From positions 448,001 through 512,000 of the forward strand of contig CAVYTU010000017.1 in the NCBI GenBank assembly GCA_963771465.1: 64,000 nt of DNA. The letters run 5' to 3'. The notes under the pieces were generated by a model. That model saw only the letters and a program-made list of their open reading frames with translations, was not told the DNA's origin and did no database searches. Numbering within the stretch: position 1 is the first letter of the stretch; the number at the start of each line of letters is the position of its first letter. The translations under genes and the position numbers were made by a program. The DNA is from an uncultured delta proteobacterium. GTDB taxonomy: Bacteria > Desulfobacterota > Binatia > UBA9968. Positions 30,476-39,859 of the stretch are shown one piece after another.

Positions 30476-31858
30476 TTACTTGAAGTACTTCGCGACGCGT
30501 TCGAATGCAGCGGGTTCGACTTCGTTACGAACCGGCCATTCACTCTTCATTTTCAACGGGATCGTCGCATCGATGATCGCGACGGTGTCGCCGAGCCAGC
30601 CGCGGAAGCTCTGGACTTCGCGGATGATCTCGATGTCTTTGTCCCAGTGCACGCGGGTCGCCACGGCCCACATCACTTCGCGCTCGTTAAACACGTCGAT
30701 ATCTTCATCGACGATCACCGCGAGTTTCAAGTTCGGCATTTCGACGAACGCCTGCATGCCGGCTTTGTTGGGTTCGTTTTCGAATTCCTTCTTGATCGAA
30801 ATATAGCAGATGCAACGGCCGCAGCCCGAGGCCGCGAGATGGATGCCCGTGATGCCGGGAACATTCTTCTTGATGACGTTGTAAGTGCTGCCTTCTTTGG
30901 GAATGCTGCCGAGATTCCAATGATCCATATGGCCGGGCCAGAAGTCTTCGACGATACCGCCGCGCCGATGAGTAATCGCGGTGACTTCGATGACCGGCAC
31001 GTCCATTTTCGGTTGGGCGTAACCGAGAATCTCGCCGAAGGGGTTCTGCGATTGGCGCACGCCGGGGAGTATCTCGCCTTCAATGATAACTTCGGCATCG
31101 GCCGGTACCATGAATTTATCGCCCCAGGTTGTTGATGGTGTAAGCCGCAGCGGCTCTTTGAGGAACGCCGACGCGGTCAGGTAATCGTTGTTACCCATCG
31201 CCGTCATGGCGCAGGAAGAAAGATAAAACGCGGGGTGGTGGCCCAGGATGACGATCACAGGCGCGCGCAAATTTTTCTCCTCGTACTCGCAAGCCATCGC
31301 TTCCAAGTGATGATGCTTGTGCGCCGAGAAGCTCATATGTTTGGGATCGTGAAATTTATTTTTAGTGAACGTGATGTCGTAGAAGTCGGCGTTCAGGCCC
31401 TTCATGGCGCAGGTCATGGTATGGTATGGACCGGCGTCGCCTTGTTGGTGCATCGGCATCGGTAGAACGCGCAAATCGGCCTTGTCCCCCGTGAGCACGA
31501 CTTCTTTGACCGGCGCTTTTTCCGGCGCGATGACTTCGAGCTTGCCTTGCTGTTGTTCGAGCTTGGCGACTTCGAGGCTCACGTCCATGGGCGACTTGAT
31601 GTCGCCCATGTCGAGAGAGTCGGCGACGTACTGGCGCGACACCCACGGATTGTAGAACATCGGGAAATCGGATTTCTTGCCGTTTAGCGCCGGAACGTTT
31701 TCGAATAGCACCATCTTCGGTTCGTTGCGCATGTCGAGATGTTTGAGATAGGCAACGGTCTCGTAATTGTTCGCGTCGATGAAGTTTCTCTCACGGATCA
31801 CGGCGCCTTCGCGGGTGGCGCCTTCCTTGGCTATAAAACTAGGTAAATCTTTGGCCAT
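30476..31858 (-). CDS. UbiD-family (prFMN) decarboxylase, divergent
   Basis: VLFENV, ADLRVLPMP, VPADAEVIIEG, PFGE, IVDEDIDVFNEREVMWAVATR. Confidence 0.88.
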   Translation of the reverse strand: MAKDLPSFIAKEGATREGAVIRERNFIDANNYETVAYLKHLDMRNEPKMVLFENVPALNGKKSDFPMFYNPWVSRQYVADSLDMGDIKSPMDVSLEVAKLEQQQGKLEVIAPEKAPVKEVVLTGDKADLRVLPMPMHQQGDAGPYHTMTCAMKGLNADFYDITFTKNKFHDPKHMSFSAHKHHHLEAMACEYEEKNLRAPVIVILGHHPAFYLSSCAMTAMGNNDYLTASAFLKEPLRLTPSTTWGDKFMVPADAEVIIEGEILPGVRQSQNPFGEILGYAQPKMDVPVIEVTAITHRRGGIVEDFWPGHMDHWNLGSIPKEGSTYNVIKKNVPGITGIHLAASGCGRCICYISIKKEFENEPNKAGMQAFVEMPNLKLAVIVDEDIDVFNEREVMWAVATRVHWDKDIEIIREVQSFRGWLGDTVAIIDATIPLKMKSEWPVRNEVEPAAFERVAKYFK

Positions 31859-31937
31859 GAAGGGTCTCCTTTAAATCGCGATTAAAAAAATTTTATTCAC
31901 TCTTACTTAGTCGAATCACTAGATGAGTTCAAGGGAG

Positions 31938-33467
31938 TTAGCTCCTGATGAGGCCCGTGAGCGCGCGCCATTTGTGGCGCCAACCGGAGTGACAAAGCAA
32001 GTTGAGCAGATGGCGTACTTGATGCTCTTTCTTTTTCGTCGCGGGATACCAGGGAAACTCTTCCTTGAGGCCGAAACGGTCGATGACAATAGTTTTCTGG
32101 TGACAAAACTTGCGAATCCCTTCGGCGCCATGACGGTAGCCAAAGCCACTATCCTTGCGGCCGCCCATGGGCGCGTCGGGAATGATGAAATTGACCAGGC
32201 TGTCGTTGATGCAGACGGCGCCGCTTTGCAATTGCGCCGCGAGTTTTTCGGCGCTGACTTTATCGCCCGCATAGAGGCTGCTGCTCAGACCATAACGCGA
32301 GTCGTTGGCGAGCCGCAGCGCCTCTGCGGCGTCGTTAACTTTCATGATCGGGATCACCGGGCCAAAGGTTTCCTCCGTCATAATGGTCATCGAGTGATCG
32401 ATGTCGACCAGCACCGTAGGTTCGTAATAGAAGCCCGCGAACGTCGGATTGCGCCGGCCGCCGGTCAGCGCTTTGGCGCCGCCGGCGACAGCTGCGTCGA
32501 CTTGCGCGGCGATGGTTTTCAATTGCGCCTCCGAGGTCAGGCAGCCGAGTTCGACTTCAGCAGTGCTTTTTCCCTGGCGAATGGCGCGCACTTTCTCGAC
32601 GACCTTATCGACAAATGGCTGATAGACCGGCGCTTCGACGTAAACCCGTTCGATGGACGTGCAGATTTGCCCAGAGTTCATCAGCGCGCCCCAGACACAG
32701 GCGCTGGCGGCGCGATTGAGATCGGCGTCTTTGAGAACGATCATCGGATCTTTGCCGCCGAGCTCCAGAGATACTGGAATCAAGCGCTCCGCCGCTCGTT
32801 TCATGACTCGCTTGCCGGTTTCGACGCTGCCGGTGAACGCGATCATGTCGGCGTGGTCGATCAGCGCTTCGCCGGTCTCGCCGCGGCCGACGACAATTTG
32901 CAGCAGATTCTCCGGAAAGCCCGCTTTGACGACTAACTCCGCGCCGAAGATAGCGGAGAGTGGAGTCAGCTCGGATGGCTTGATAACGACGGCGTTACCC
33001 GCCATCAGCGCGGGAATCGCTTCGCCGAGCGTCATAGCCAAGGGAAAATTCCACGGGCTGATGATGCCGATGACGCCGCGCGGTGAATAGCTGGAGATTA
33101 CTTTTTTGGCTTTGACCAAGGGGAAATGCGGCTTGATCCGCGTCGGTTGTAGATACGTTTCGGTTTTCTTCGCCCAGGTGCCGATGGCGTTACATAGATA
33201 AAAAAGTTCGTTGCCGTAAACTTCCGCTCGCGGCCGGCCAGTTTCAGCGGTCAGAATATCGGCGAGTTTATCGCCCTCATCGAGCAATAGGTCGCGCAAG
33301 CGATAGAGCAAATGCGCCCGCTCCGAGAATCGCGAGTGTTGCCAAACGCCTTGTGCGTGACGCCCGCGCTTGACGGCTGCCGCCACCTCGGCAGGCGATG
33401 CGATGGCGAGTTCCGCGACATTCTCTAACGTCGCAGGATTGCGAACTTGAATGGTTTGACTGTTCAC
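31938..33467 (-). CDS. NAD-dependent aldehyde dehydrogenase
   Basis: ISPWNFPL, FTGSVETG, LELGGKDP, NSGQICTS, EETFGP. Confidence 0.93.
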   Translation of the reverse strand: MNSQTIQVRNPATLENVAELAIASPAEVAAAVKRGRHAQGVWQHSRFSERAHLLYRLRDLLLDEGDKLADILTAETGRPRAEVYGNELFYLCNAIGTWAKKTETYLQPTRIKPHFPLVKAKKVISSYSPRGVIGIISPWNFPLAMTLGEAIPALMAGNAVVIKPSELTPLSAIFGAELVVKAGFPENLLQIVVGRGETGEALIDHADMIAFTGSVETGKRVMKRAAERLIPVSLELGGKDPMIVLKDADLNRAASACVWGALMNSGQICTSIERVYVEAPVYQPFVDKVVEKVRAIRQGKSTAEVELGCLTSEAQLKTIAAQVDAAVAGGAKALTGGRRNPTFAGFYYEPTVLVDIDHSMTIMTEETFGPVIPIMKVNDAAEALRLANDSRYGLSSSLYAGDKVSAEKLAAQLQSGAVCINDSLVNFIIPDAPMGGRKDSGFGYRHGAEGIRKFCHQKTIVIDRFGLKEEFPWYPATKKKEHQVRHLLNLLCHSGWRHKWRALTGLIRS

Positions 33468-33497
33468 CGTGAATAAATTTCTAGTTGGCCGCGCGCT

Positions 33498-34271
33498 TCA
33501 CACCATGGTCTGGCCGCCGCAGATATTCATCGCCTGCCCGGTGATGCCTCTGGCCGCGTCGGAGGCGACGTAACAAACCAGCTCGGCGATCTCGTCCGCG
33601 TCGAGAAACCTTCGGATTGGCACCGCCGCAATGGCCGCAGCTTTGAACTGCTCCGGTGTGATGCCTTGTGCGGCTGCGGTTTCATTGATGCCGAGTGCCG
33701 CCATTTCAGTGTCGACCCAACCGGGGCAAATCGTATTTACGGTGATGCCGCGGTGGACGACTTCTAAGGCGAGTGCGCGAGTAAAACCGATCATGCCGTG
33801 CTTGGTCGTGCAATAAGCGGTGTAGCCCGGCACGCCAAATTTTCCCAGCACCGAGGAAACGTTGATGATCCGGCCGCCCGAATTGTCCGGAATATGTTTC
33901 AGGACCGCTTTGCTGACGAGGTACATACCGTGCAAGTTGGTATTGACGATGTCATACCATTTTGAGTCGTCCTCGTCGTCGATTAAGCTCAGTCCTGAGA
34001 TGCCGGCGTTGTTCACTAGAATATGGAGCGCGCCCCATTTGGCTACGATCTCCTCGACACCTCGTTGGACCGCTGCCTTATCGCGGACGTCCATTTGTAC
34101 TGCAATCGCTGCCAGGCCAGCCGCGGTTAGCTCAGAAGCGACGGTCGCAATACGGCTTTGGCTGCGCGACGCAATCGCTACCGATACACCATTTTTGGCC
34201 AACTGGGCCGCAATGGCTTTACCTATGCCGGTTCCACCGCCGGTGACCAGGGCAACTTTGGGCTTGTGCAT
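33498..34271 (-). CDS. SDR-family oxidoreductase
   Basis: TGGGTGIG, NNAG, YCTTK (YxxxK), ICPGWVDT. Confidence 0.93.
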   Translation of the reverse strand: MHKPKVALVTGGGTGIGKAIAAQLAKNGVSVAIASRSQSRIATVASELTAAGLAAIAVQMDVRDKAAVQRGVEEIVAKWGALHILVNNAGISGLSLIDDEDDSKWYDIVNTNLHGMYLVSKAVLKHIPDNSGGRIINVSSVLGKFGVPGYTAYCTTKHGMIGFTRALALEVVHRGITVNTICPGWVDTEMAALGINETAAAQGITPEQFKAAAIAAVPIRRFLDADEIAELVCYVASDAARGITGQAMNICGGQTMV

Positions 34272-34494
34272 AGCTCTCTGTTTTCCTCAAAAACATCCGC
34301 ATAAGTAGCTGCTTTCAAATGCAAAGGCAAGGTTTTGGCCCAACCGAATTGGCAGCCCAAAATGACTTCGAGCGCAAGTGCGTGAATTGGTATCGTAATT
34401 GCTGACCAAAATGGTCCGGGATGACAATTTTCTTTACAGCTTCCGGCCAGACATACTAAAATTCAGCAGATAGAAACAGGAGTAAATAGTAAAT

Positions 34495-35565
34495 ATGGAT
34501 ATTACCGAACTCTTGAGTTTTGGCGTGGAACAGGGGGCATCGGACTGCCACTTGAGCGCGGGCGAACCACCGATGATTCGTATCAACGGCGACCTAAAAA
34601 AACTTGATTACCCGCTTTTGACTCGAGAACAGGCTCACGCGCTCATCTACGACATCATGAATGACCTGCAACGAAAAAACTTTGAAGAATTTCACGAATG
34701 CGATTTTTCGTTCGAGTTGGGCGAGGTCGCGCGCTTTCGTGTCAACGTTTTCATGCAGCGCAAAGGCGAAGCGGCGGTATTTAGAACGATTCCAACGAAA
34801 ATTTTGACACTCGAAGAGTTAGGCATGCCGCCGCTCCTCAAACAGCTTTGCGAAAAAGAAAAGGGCTTGATCCTAGTGACCGGACCGACCGGCTCTGGTA
34901 AATCGACGACACTGGCGGCGATGATCGATTACCTAAACAGCAGCTTCGAAGGACATATTTTGACCGTCGAAGACCCCATCGAGTTCGTCCATCCATCGAA
35001 AAAATGTTTGGTCAATCAGCGCGAGCTTGGGCCGCACACCCATTCGTTCGCCAATGCGCTCAGAGCGGCGTTGCGCGAAGATCCCGATATCATTCTCGTC
35101 GGTGAAATGCGTGACCTGGAGACAATTCAGCTGGCGCTTTCGGCGGCTGAAACCGGCCATATTGTATTCGGCACATTGCATACATCGAGCGCGCCAAAGA
35201 CCGTCGATCGTATCATCGACGTTTTTCCACCGACGCAACAGGCGCAGATTCGCGCCCAGTTCGCCGAATCGGTGGAAGCGGTGATCACCCAAACACTGCT
35301 CAAGAAAAAAGCCGGCGGCCGAGTGGCGGCTCTGGAAATTCTAATAGGAACCACGGCGGTGCGTAACTTAATACGCGAAGGCAAGATTCACCAGATTCCC
35401 GGCACCATGCAGGTGAGTCAAAAAGACGGCATGCAAACCATGGATATGGCGCTGACCAACCTGGTCACTCGCGGCATAGTGACGCGCGAGGAGGCGCAAG
35501 CGAAAAGCATGAATCCGAATCTGTTCGGCGCTCCCGCAGCCGCAGCCGTGGGCGGCAGAGTCTAA
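34495..35565 (+). CDS. pilT: Type IV pilus retraction ATPase PilT
   Basis: GPTGSGKST, EDPIE, LREDPD, AETGH, AVRNLIRE motif. Confidence 0.95.
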   Translation: MDITELLSFGVEQGASDCHLSAGEPPMIRINGDLKKLDYPLLTREQAHALIYDIMNDLQRKNFEEFHECDFSFELGEVARFRVNVFMQRKGEAAVFRTIPTKILTLEELGMPPLLKQLCEKEKGLILVTGPTGSGKSTTLAAMIDYLNSSFEGHILTVEDPIEFVHPSKKCLVNQRELGPHTHSFANALRAALREDPDIILVGEMRDLETIQLALSAAETGHIVFGTLHTSSAPKTVDRIIDVFPPTQQAQIRAQFAESVEAVITQTLLKKKAGGRVAALEILIGTTAVRNLIREGKIHQIPGTMQVSQKDGMQTMDMALTNLVTRGIVTREEAQAKSMNPNLFGAPAAAAVGGRV

Positions 35566-35602
35566 ACATCGAGGAAACGGCAAAGCGCCGACGGAGTTCA
35601 TT

Positions 35603-36763
35603 GTGGAACTGCAAGAGTATTTCAAATTCATGGTCGAGACCGAGGCCTCGGATCTGTATCTGACGGTGGCGCGTCCGCCGATGTTTCGCATCGATGGCAA
35701 AATACAGCCCAGCGGCGATCACAAATTCACAGCTGACGAGCTGCGCGACGTCGCCCAGAGTATGATGAATGAAAAGCAGCAGCATGAATTCGCCGAAACC
35801 ATGGAAATGAACATGGCGACGTCGCTACCTGGCGTGGCACGATTTCGCGTGAATATTTTTCAGCAGCGGGGTTCGGTTGGGATGGTCATCCGGCGCATCA
35901 AGGTTGAAATCATGTCGCTGGAGGAAATGGGGCTGCCGGCCATTTTAAAAGACATTTCGATGGGAAAGCGCGGCTTGGTGTTAGTCGTCGGCGCCACTGG
36001 GTCGGGTAAGTCGACAACCCTGGCGGCGATGATCGATCATCGAAACTCCACCGAAGCCGGCCATATTATTACCATTGAAGATCCAATCGAGTTCGTGCAT
36101 CGGCATAAACAGTCGATCATCACCCAGAGGGAGGTCGGATTCGACACCCATTCGTTTCAAGCCGCGCTGAAAAATACTCTGCGTCAAGCGCCGGATGTGA
36201 TTCTGATCGGTGAAATTCGCGACACCGAGACGATGGAAGCGGCGATGACCTTCGCTGAAACCGGCCACTTGTGTCTTGGCACGCTGCATTCTAACAACGC
36301 CAACCAGGCGATCGAACGAATCATGAACTTCTTCCCGATTGAGCGCCACGCGCAAATCTATCTCCAGCTTTCACTAAATTTACGTTCGATTGTGGCACAG
36401 CGCTTGATCCCTACCGTCGACGGCAAGCGCGCCGCGGCCCTAGAAATCCTCCTTGATACGCCGCGCATCAAGGAGCTGATCAAGCGCGGCGAAGTCGATA
36501 TTTTGAAGGAAGGCATGGAGGCGGGGGTTCAGGAGGGCTGCCAGACCTTCGATCAGGCGTTGTTCGGCCTATACAAGGATGAAAAAATAGCCTTGGACCA
36601 AGCCCTTATTAACGCTGACAGTGCTAACAACCTCAGACTAAAAATCAAGCTCGCCGGTCTGAAAGTCGATGAAGAGCCTAAGGATGCTGCAGCGCCGGAG
36701 GCGCAAAAGTCAAAGCCTGAACCGCTGCAGGCTGCCGGCGGATTTCGTCTGCGAAAAGGATAG
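35603..36763 (+). CDS. pilU: PilU twitching-motility ATPase
   Basis: GATGSGKST, LRQAPD, TLHSNNANQ; follows pilT. Confidence 0.92.
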   Translation: MELQEYFKFMVETEASDLYLTVARPPMFRIDGKIQPSGDHKFTADELRDVAQSMMNEKQQHEFAETMEMNMATSLPGVARFRVNIFQQRGSVGMVIRRIKVEIMSLEEMGLPAILKDISMGKRGLVLVVGATGSGKSTTLAAMIDHRNSTEAGHIITIEDPIEFVHRHKQSIITQREVGFDTHSFQAALKNTLRQAPDVILIGEIRDTETMEAAMTFAETGHLCLGTLHSNNANQAIERIMNFFPIERHAQIYLQLSLNLRSIVAQRLIPTVDGKRAAALEILLDTPRIKELIKRGEVDILKEGMEAGVQEGCQTFDQALFGLYKDEKIALDQALINADSANNLRLKIKLAGLKVDEEPKDAAAPEAQKSKPEPLQAAGGFRLRKG

Positions 36764-37063
36764 CGTTCCCTGTATTCTAAAGTCGGCAATCCACTGGCAG
36801 CACCACACCAACGTGCCGCTAAGGCTGTCTCTCAGCGCAGCCCGTTCGCGGCTGAAACCGCTTTCCAACCACGCCAAGTGACGTTAAAGCCGGACTCTTG
36901 CCAGCCTTCAGGACCAGGGAAGGCTAAACTAGCTGCGCGGTCACTTGACTTGCGAAGCTGGAAGTTCCGAACCCCCGCGGGAATTTAGTTGACAAACTGA
37001 TGGGTTATCAGTAAAAAGAAGTTATACTTCTAACCTAACCGTTAACAAGAGAGGGCACGACCA

Positions 37064-37666
37064 ATGTCGCTAGCTCAAAGCCAAATCGAAATTCCTAGAG
37101 GCCGGCCGATGAGTGAGGTGACCGGGTATGCGCAGATCCTACGAGCGATAGGGCAGGCCTTAGAAACGCTCAAGCTGCAGAGCTTCGAGGTCGAACCGGT
37201 CGAAGAGGGATTTTCAGTTCGCGGAAACATCGCTCTGGGTGATGACGCGATTGGCGATGGCGAGGTAAACCGTAGTCAATTGTGCGCGATCTGGGGCGAG
37301 TTACCAGTCCTTAAACGAGCGGCAGATGAGCCGGCGCGAATTGAAGGCTCGAGCACAACCACCACCGTGGAGCTTCGCTACACGATCAGAGATATAGAGC
37401 GCCTAGACTACGAAGGCCAATTGCGCCGGCTGGATCCGAATCGCGTTGCCGACGCGGGCAGTTTGTCGCAGATTCTCCGCTGCATCGGCGCATACCTCAA
37501 TCAAAAACGCGCACGTTTGCTCAAGCTCGCCCGCGAGGGCGAGGCAGTTTTGCTTGAGTATGAGACCTCTTTAGGCAGTCAGATGAAGGAAAGCTTTGCA
37601 CTATCAGATCTCTACGATTTGTGGGTCAGGATGTATATGCAGCGCGCCGGGCGCGTCAGTCAGTAG
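37064..37666 (+). CDS. Hypothetical protein, paralogue 1 of a tandem triplet
   Basis: QILRAIGQAL...SLSQILRCIGAYL...LYDLWVRMY, shared with the two downstream ORFs. Confidence 0.8.
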   Translation: MSLAQSQIEIPRGRPMSEVTGYAQILRAIGQALETLKLQSFEVEPVEEGFSVRGNIALGDDAIGDGEVNRSQLCAIWGELPVLKRAADEPARIEGSSTTTTVELRYTIRDIERLDYEGQLRRLDPNRVADAGSLSQILRCIGAYLNQKRARLLKLAREGEAVLLEYETSLGSQMKESFALSDLYDLWVRMYMQRAGRVSQ

Positions 37667-37708
37667 CCATTAGCACCATCCAATAATTTATTGCAGCAGG
37701 GGGAGCGA

Positions 37709-38251
37709 GTGTTTGAAGAGTTGAGGTGTGCGGGTGTGCTCCGACCCATTGGGCAGGCACTGGAGAAATTGGGCATTGAATCGTTCTCGGTTTGGCCGGA
37801 CGGCAGCGGATTCATGGTTCGCGACCGAACCCGCAACCGGGGGCAAATCATAGCGGGGAGAAAAGCGTTATCGAGCGATCGGCAGGCGACTGAGCGAGCT
37901 TCTAAAACCATTGAAGATGTCCTTCGTTTGGCCGCGGGCACCGTTGAGTGGCGTCTAGACCGAAGCGATATTGAAAAACTTGAATCGGCAGGCCGCGAGC
38001 GACGATGTAACTCCAATCAGACGCCCGATCCGCACGCTACGTCTCAAGTTTTGCGCGCGACGGGAGAGATCGTTGACCAGCGGCTAGGCCGCCTGCTGAG
38101 AATTACTAAGGAAGGCCACATCGTCAATCTCAACTACCTGTCGTCGAGCGGACAAACAGTTTCGGACGATTATTCGCCCGCCACGCTTTACGATTTCTGG
38201 GTGCGTATGTATAAGAGGCGCTCAAGTATCGACTCCTCTGTCCTAGAGTGA
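37709..38251 (+). CDS. Hypothetical protein, paralogue 2 of a tandem triplet
   Basis: VLRPIGQAL...SQVLRATG...LYDFWVRMY; GTG start after GGGAG. Confidence 0.8.
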   Translation: MFEELRCAGVLRPIGQALEKLGIESFSVWPDGSGFMVRDRTRNRGQIIAGRKALSSDRQATERASKTIEDVLRLAAGTVEWRLDRSDIEKLESAGRERRCNSNQTPDPHATSQVLRATGEIVDQRLGRLLRITKEGHIVNLNYLSSSGQTVSDDYSPATLYDFWVRMYKRRSSIDSSVLE

Positions 38252-38517
38252 ACGGCGGGAAGTAATTATTGCGGATTCCGGAGTTGGAGTAACTATGCGG
38301 GCCGTGGGAGGCGCGAACCTGGAATAGGAAGACAGCCAATGCTACGGATGCAAGTAATTTGTTTGGCTGGCAAGCCGTTCCAAGCTATGGGGATTGCTCT
38401 CTGGGCAGCGATGTCGGTTGCCTGATCACAGGCAGAAACCCATTGACTTAATACGAAGGATCGCGCGTACTCGCTGAATCAATTTCCAGCGCGCGGAATC
38501 CGGCATTATCGCCAGTT
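38251..38517 (+). ncRNA. Candidate ~260-nt multi-stem structured RNA
   Basis: About nine mutually nested stems, with G-U pairs consistently on the + strand (details in findings). Confidence 0.45.
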
Positions 38518-38545
38518 AGTTTTTAAACCTTGTCGTCGAGGTCCC

Positions 38546-39076
38546 ATGGCCCAAGAATTCAATCTTTCTCAATTGCTGCGGCCGGTCGGCCAGATGCTTG
38601 AGCCCCTTAACCTCGAGTCGTTTTCTCTACGGATTGACAGTGAAAAGGTTTCAATCCAGGGGCAAAAGCGAGTTGAACGTCAAGCTCCGCCAGCGCCGGA
38701 AATGTCGCTGCGAGTTGTCTGGCAAGCTTTGCGCCAGAAAAAGCCGGAGCCCCAGGAGGCGGCTAAACCTACCTCCGGAGTTATCGAACTCAATTATACT
38801 CGCGATGAGATCGCGCGCATGGATGACGAGGGGAAGTTGAAGCGGAAAGAAACGGGAGGTAGACCCGACGCCCATGCACTCTCACAAATTCTTCGCGCCG
38901 TGGGCGCCTACGTGGATCAGAAGCAGGGGAAATTTATAAGCGTGACCAAAGATGATCAGGAACTCCGAATCGAATATGAGTCCCTGTCGAAACAACCGAT
39001 GATTGAGTCGTTTACGGTTTCGTCCCTCTACGATTTCTGGATCAAAATGTATCTGCGGCGCCGCGAACGTTCCTAG
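38546..39076 (+). CDS. Hypothetical protein, paralogue 3 of a tandem triplet
   Basis: SQLLRPVGQML...LSQILRAVGAYV...LYDFWIKMY. Confidence 0.8.
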   Translation: MAQEFNLSQLLRPVGQMLEPLNLESFSLRIDSEKVSIQGQKRVERQAPPAPEMSLRVVWQALRQKKPEPQEAAKPTSGVIELNYTRDEIARMDDEGKLKRKETGGRPDAHALSQILRAVGAYVDQKQGKFISVTKDDQELRIEYESLSKQPMIESFTVSSLYDFWIKMYLRRRERS

Positions 39077-39102
39077 CGTCCTTGCCGCGAGCCGCAGATA
39101 GC

Positions 39103-39859
39103 CTATTTATTCTTGCTTGAAAATAAGCCGAGCAGTTTGGCGATTGGATCGTAATATCGGTCGACGACCCGTTCCTTGAGCGGAATGATGGCGTTGTCGG
39201 TTATGTGAATATGCTCGGGGCAGACCTCGGTGCAGCATTTGGTAATGTTGCAGTAGCCTAATCCCGCCTTTTGTTTCATCAACTCCGTGCGATCGTTGGT
39301 GTCGAGGGGATGCATTTCCAGGGCAGCTAGCCGGACAAAGAAACGCGGTCCAGCGAAAGCGGGTTTGTTTTCATCATGGTCGCGGATGACATGGCAGACA
39401 TTTTGACAGAGGTAACACTCGATGCATTTGTGAAATTCTTGCACCCGATCGATGTCTTCCTGGTACATACGGCGGGTGCCGTCGGACATCCTTCGGTTTC
39501 GGCTTGAAAGCGGGAATCTCCTTGGCCTTTTGATAATTATACGACACGTCGGTGACTAGGTCGCGGATGATCGGAAACGTGCGCATCGGCGACACGGTGA
39601 TGGTTTCGCCAGCCTCGAAGGTGTTCATGCGGGTCATGCACATCAGCCGCGGTTTGCCATTGACCTCGGCACTGCAGGAGCCGCATTTGCCGGCTTTGCA
39701 GTTCCAGCGCACCGCGAGATCGCCGGCCTGTTTTGCTTGGATCGCGTGGATGACATCGAGCACCACTTGGCCTTCGCCGATGGCGATGCGATAGTCTTTG
39801 AATTCTCCGCCTTCGGCGTCGCCGCGCCACACCCGCATATTTACCAGTTGCTCAGCCAT
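39103..39859 (-). CDS. sdhB: Succinate dehydrogenase/fumarate reductase Fe-S subunit (+1 frameshift near 39489, probably an error)
   Basis: WNCKAGKCGSC...C in ORF 39374-39859 continues as CIECYLCQNVC and CNITKCCTEVCP in ORF 39103-39489. Confidence 0.88.

Noticed and set aside
31923-32936. 337-aa + strand ORF, and similar long ORFs (11539-12396, 45454-46509, 54014-54772, 60938-61717)
   Set aside because: Antisense shadows of well-supported genes, common in GC-rich DNA; no motifs or RBS.
36905-36930. TCAGGACC..GGAAGG resembling the SRP RNA core
   Set aside because: Lacks the GNRA loop/AGCAG pairing of SRP helix 8.
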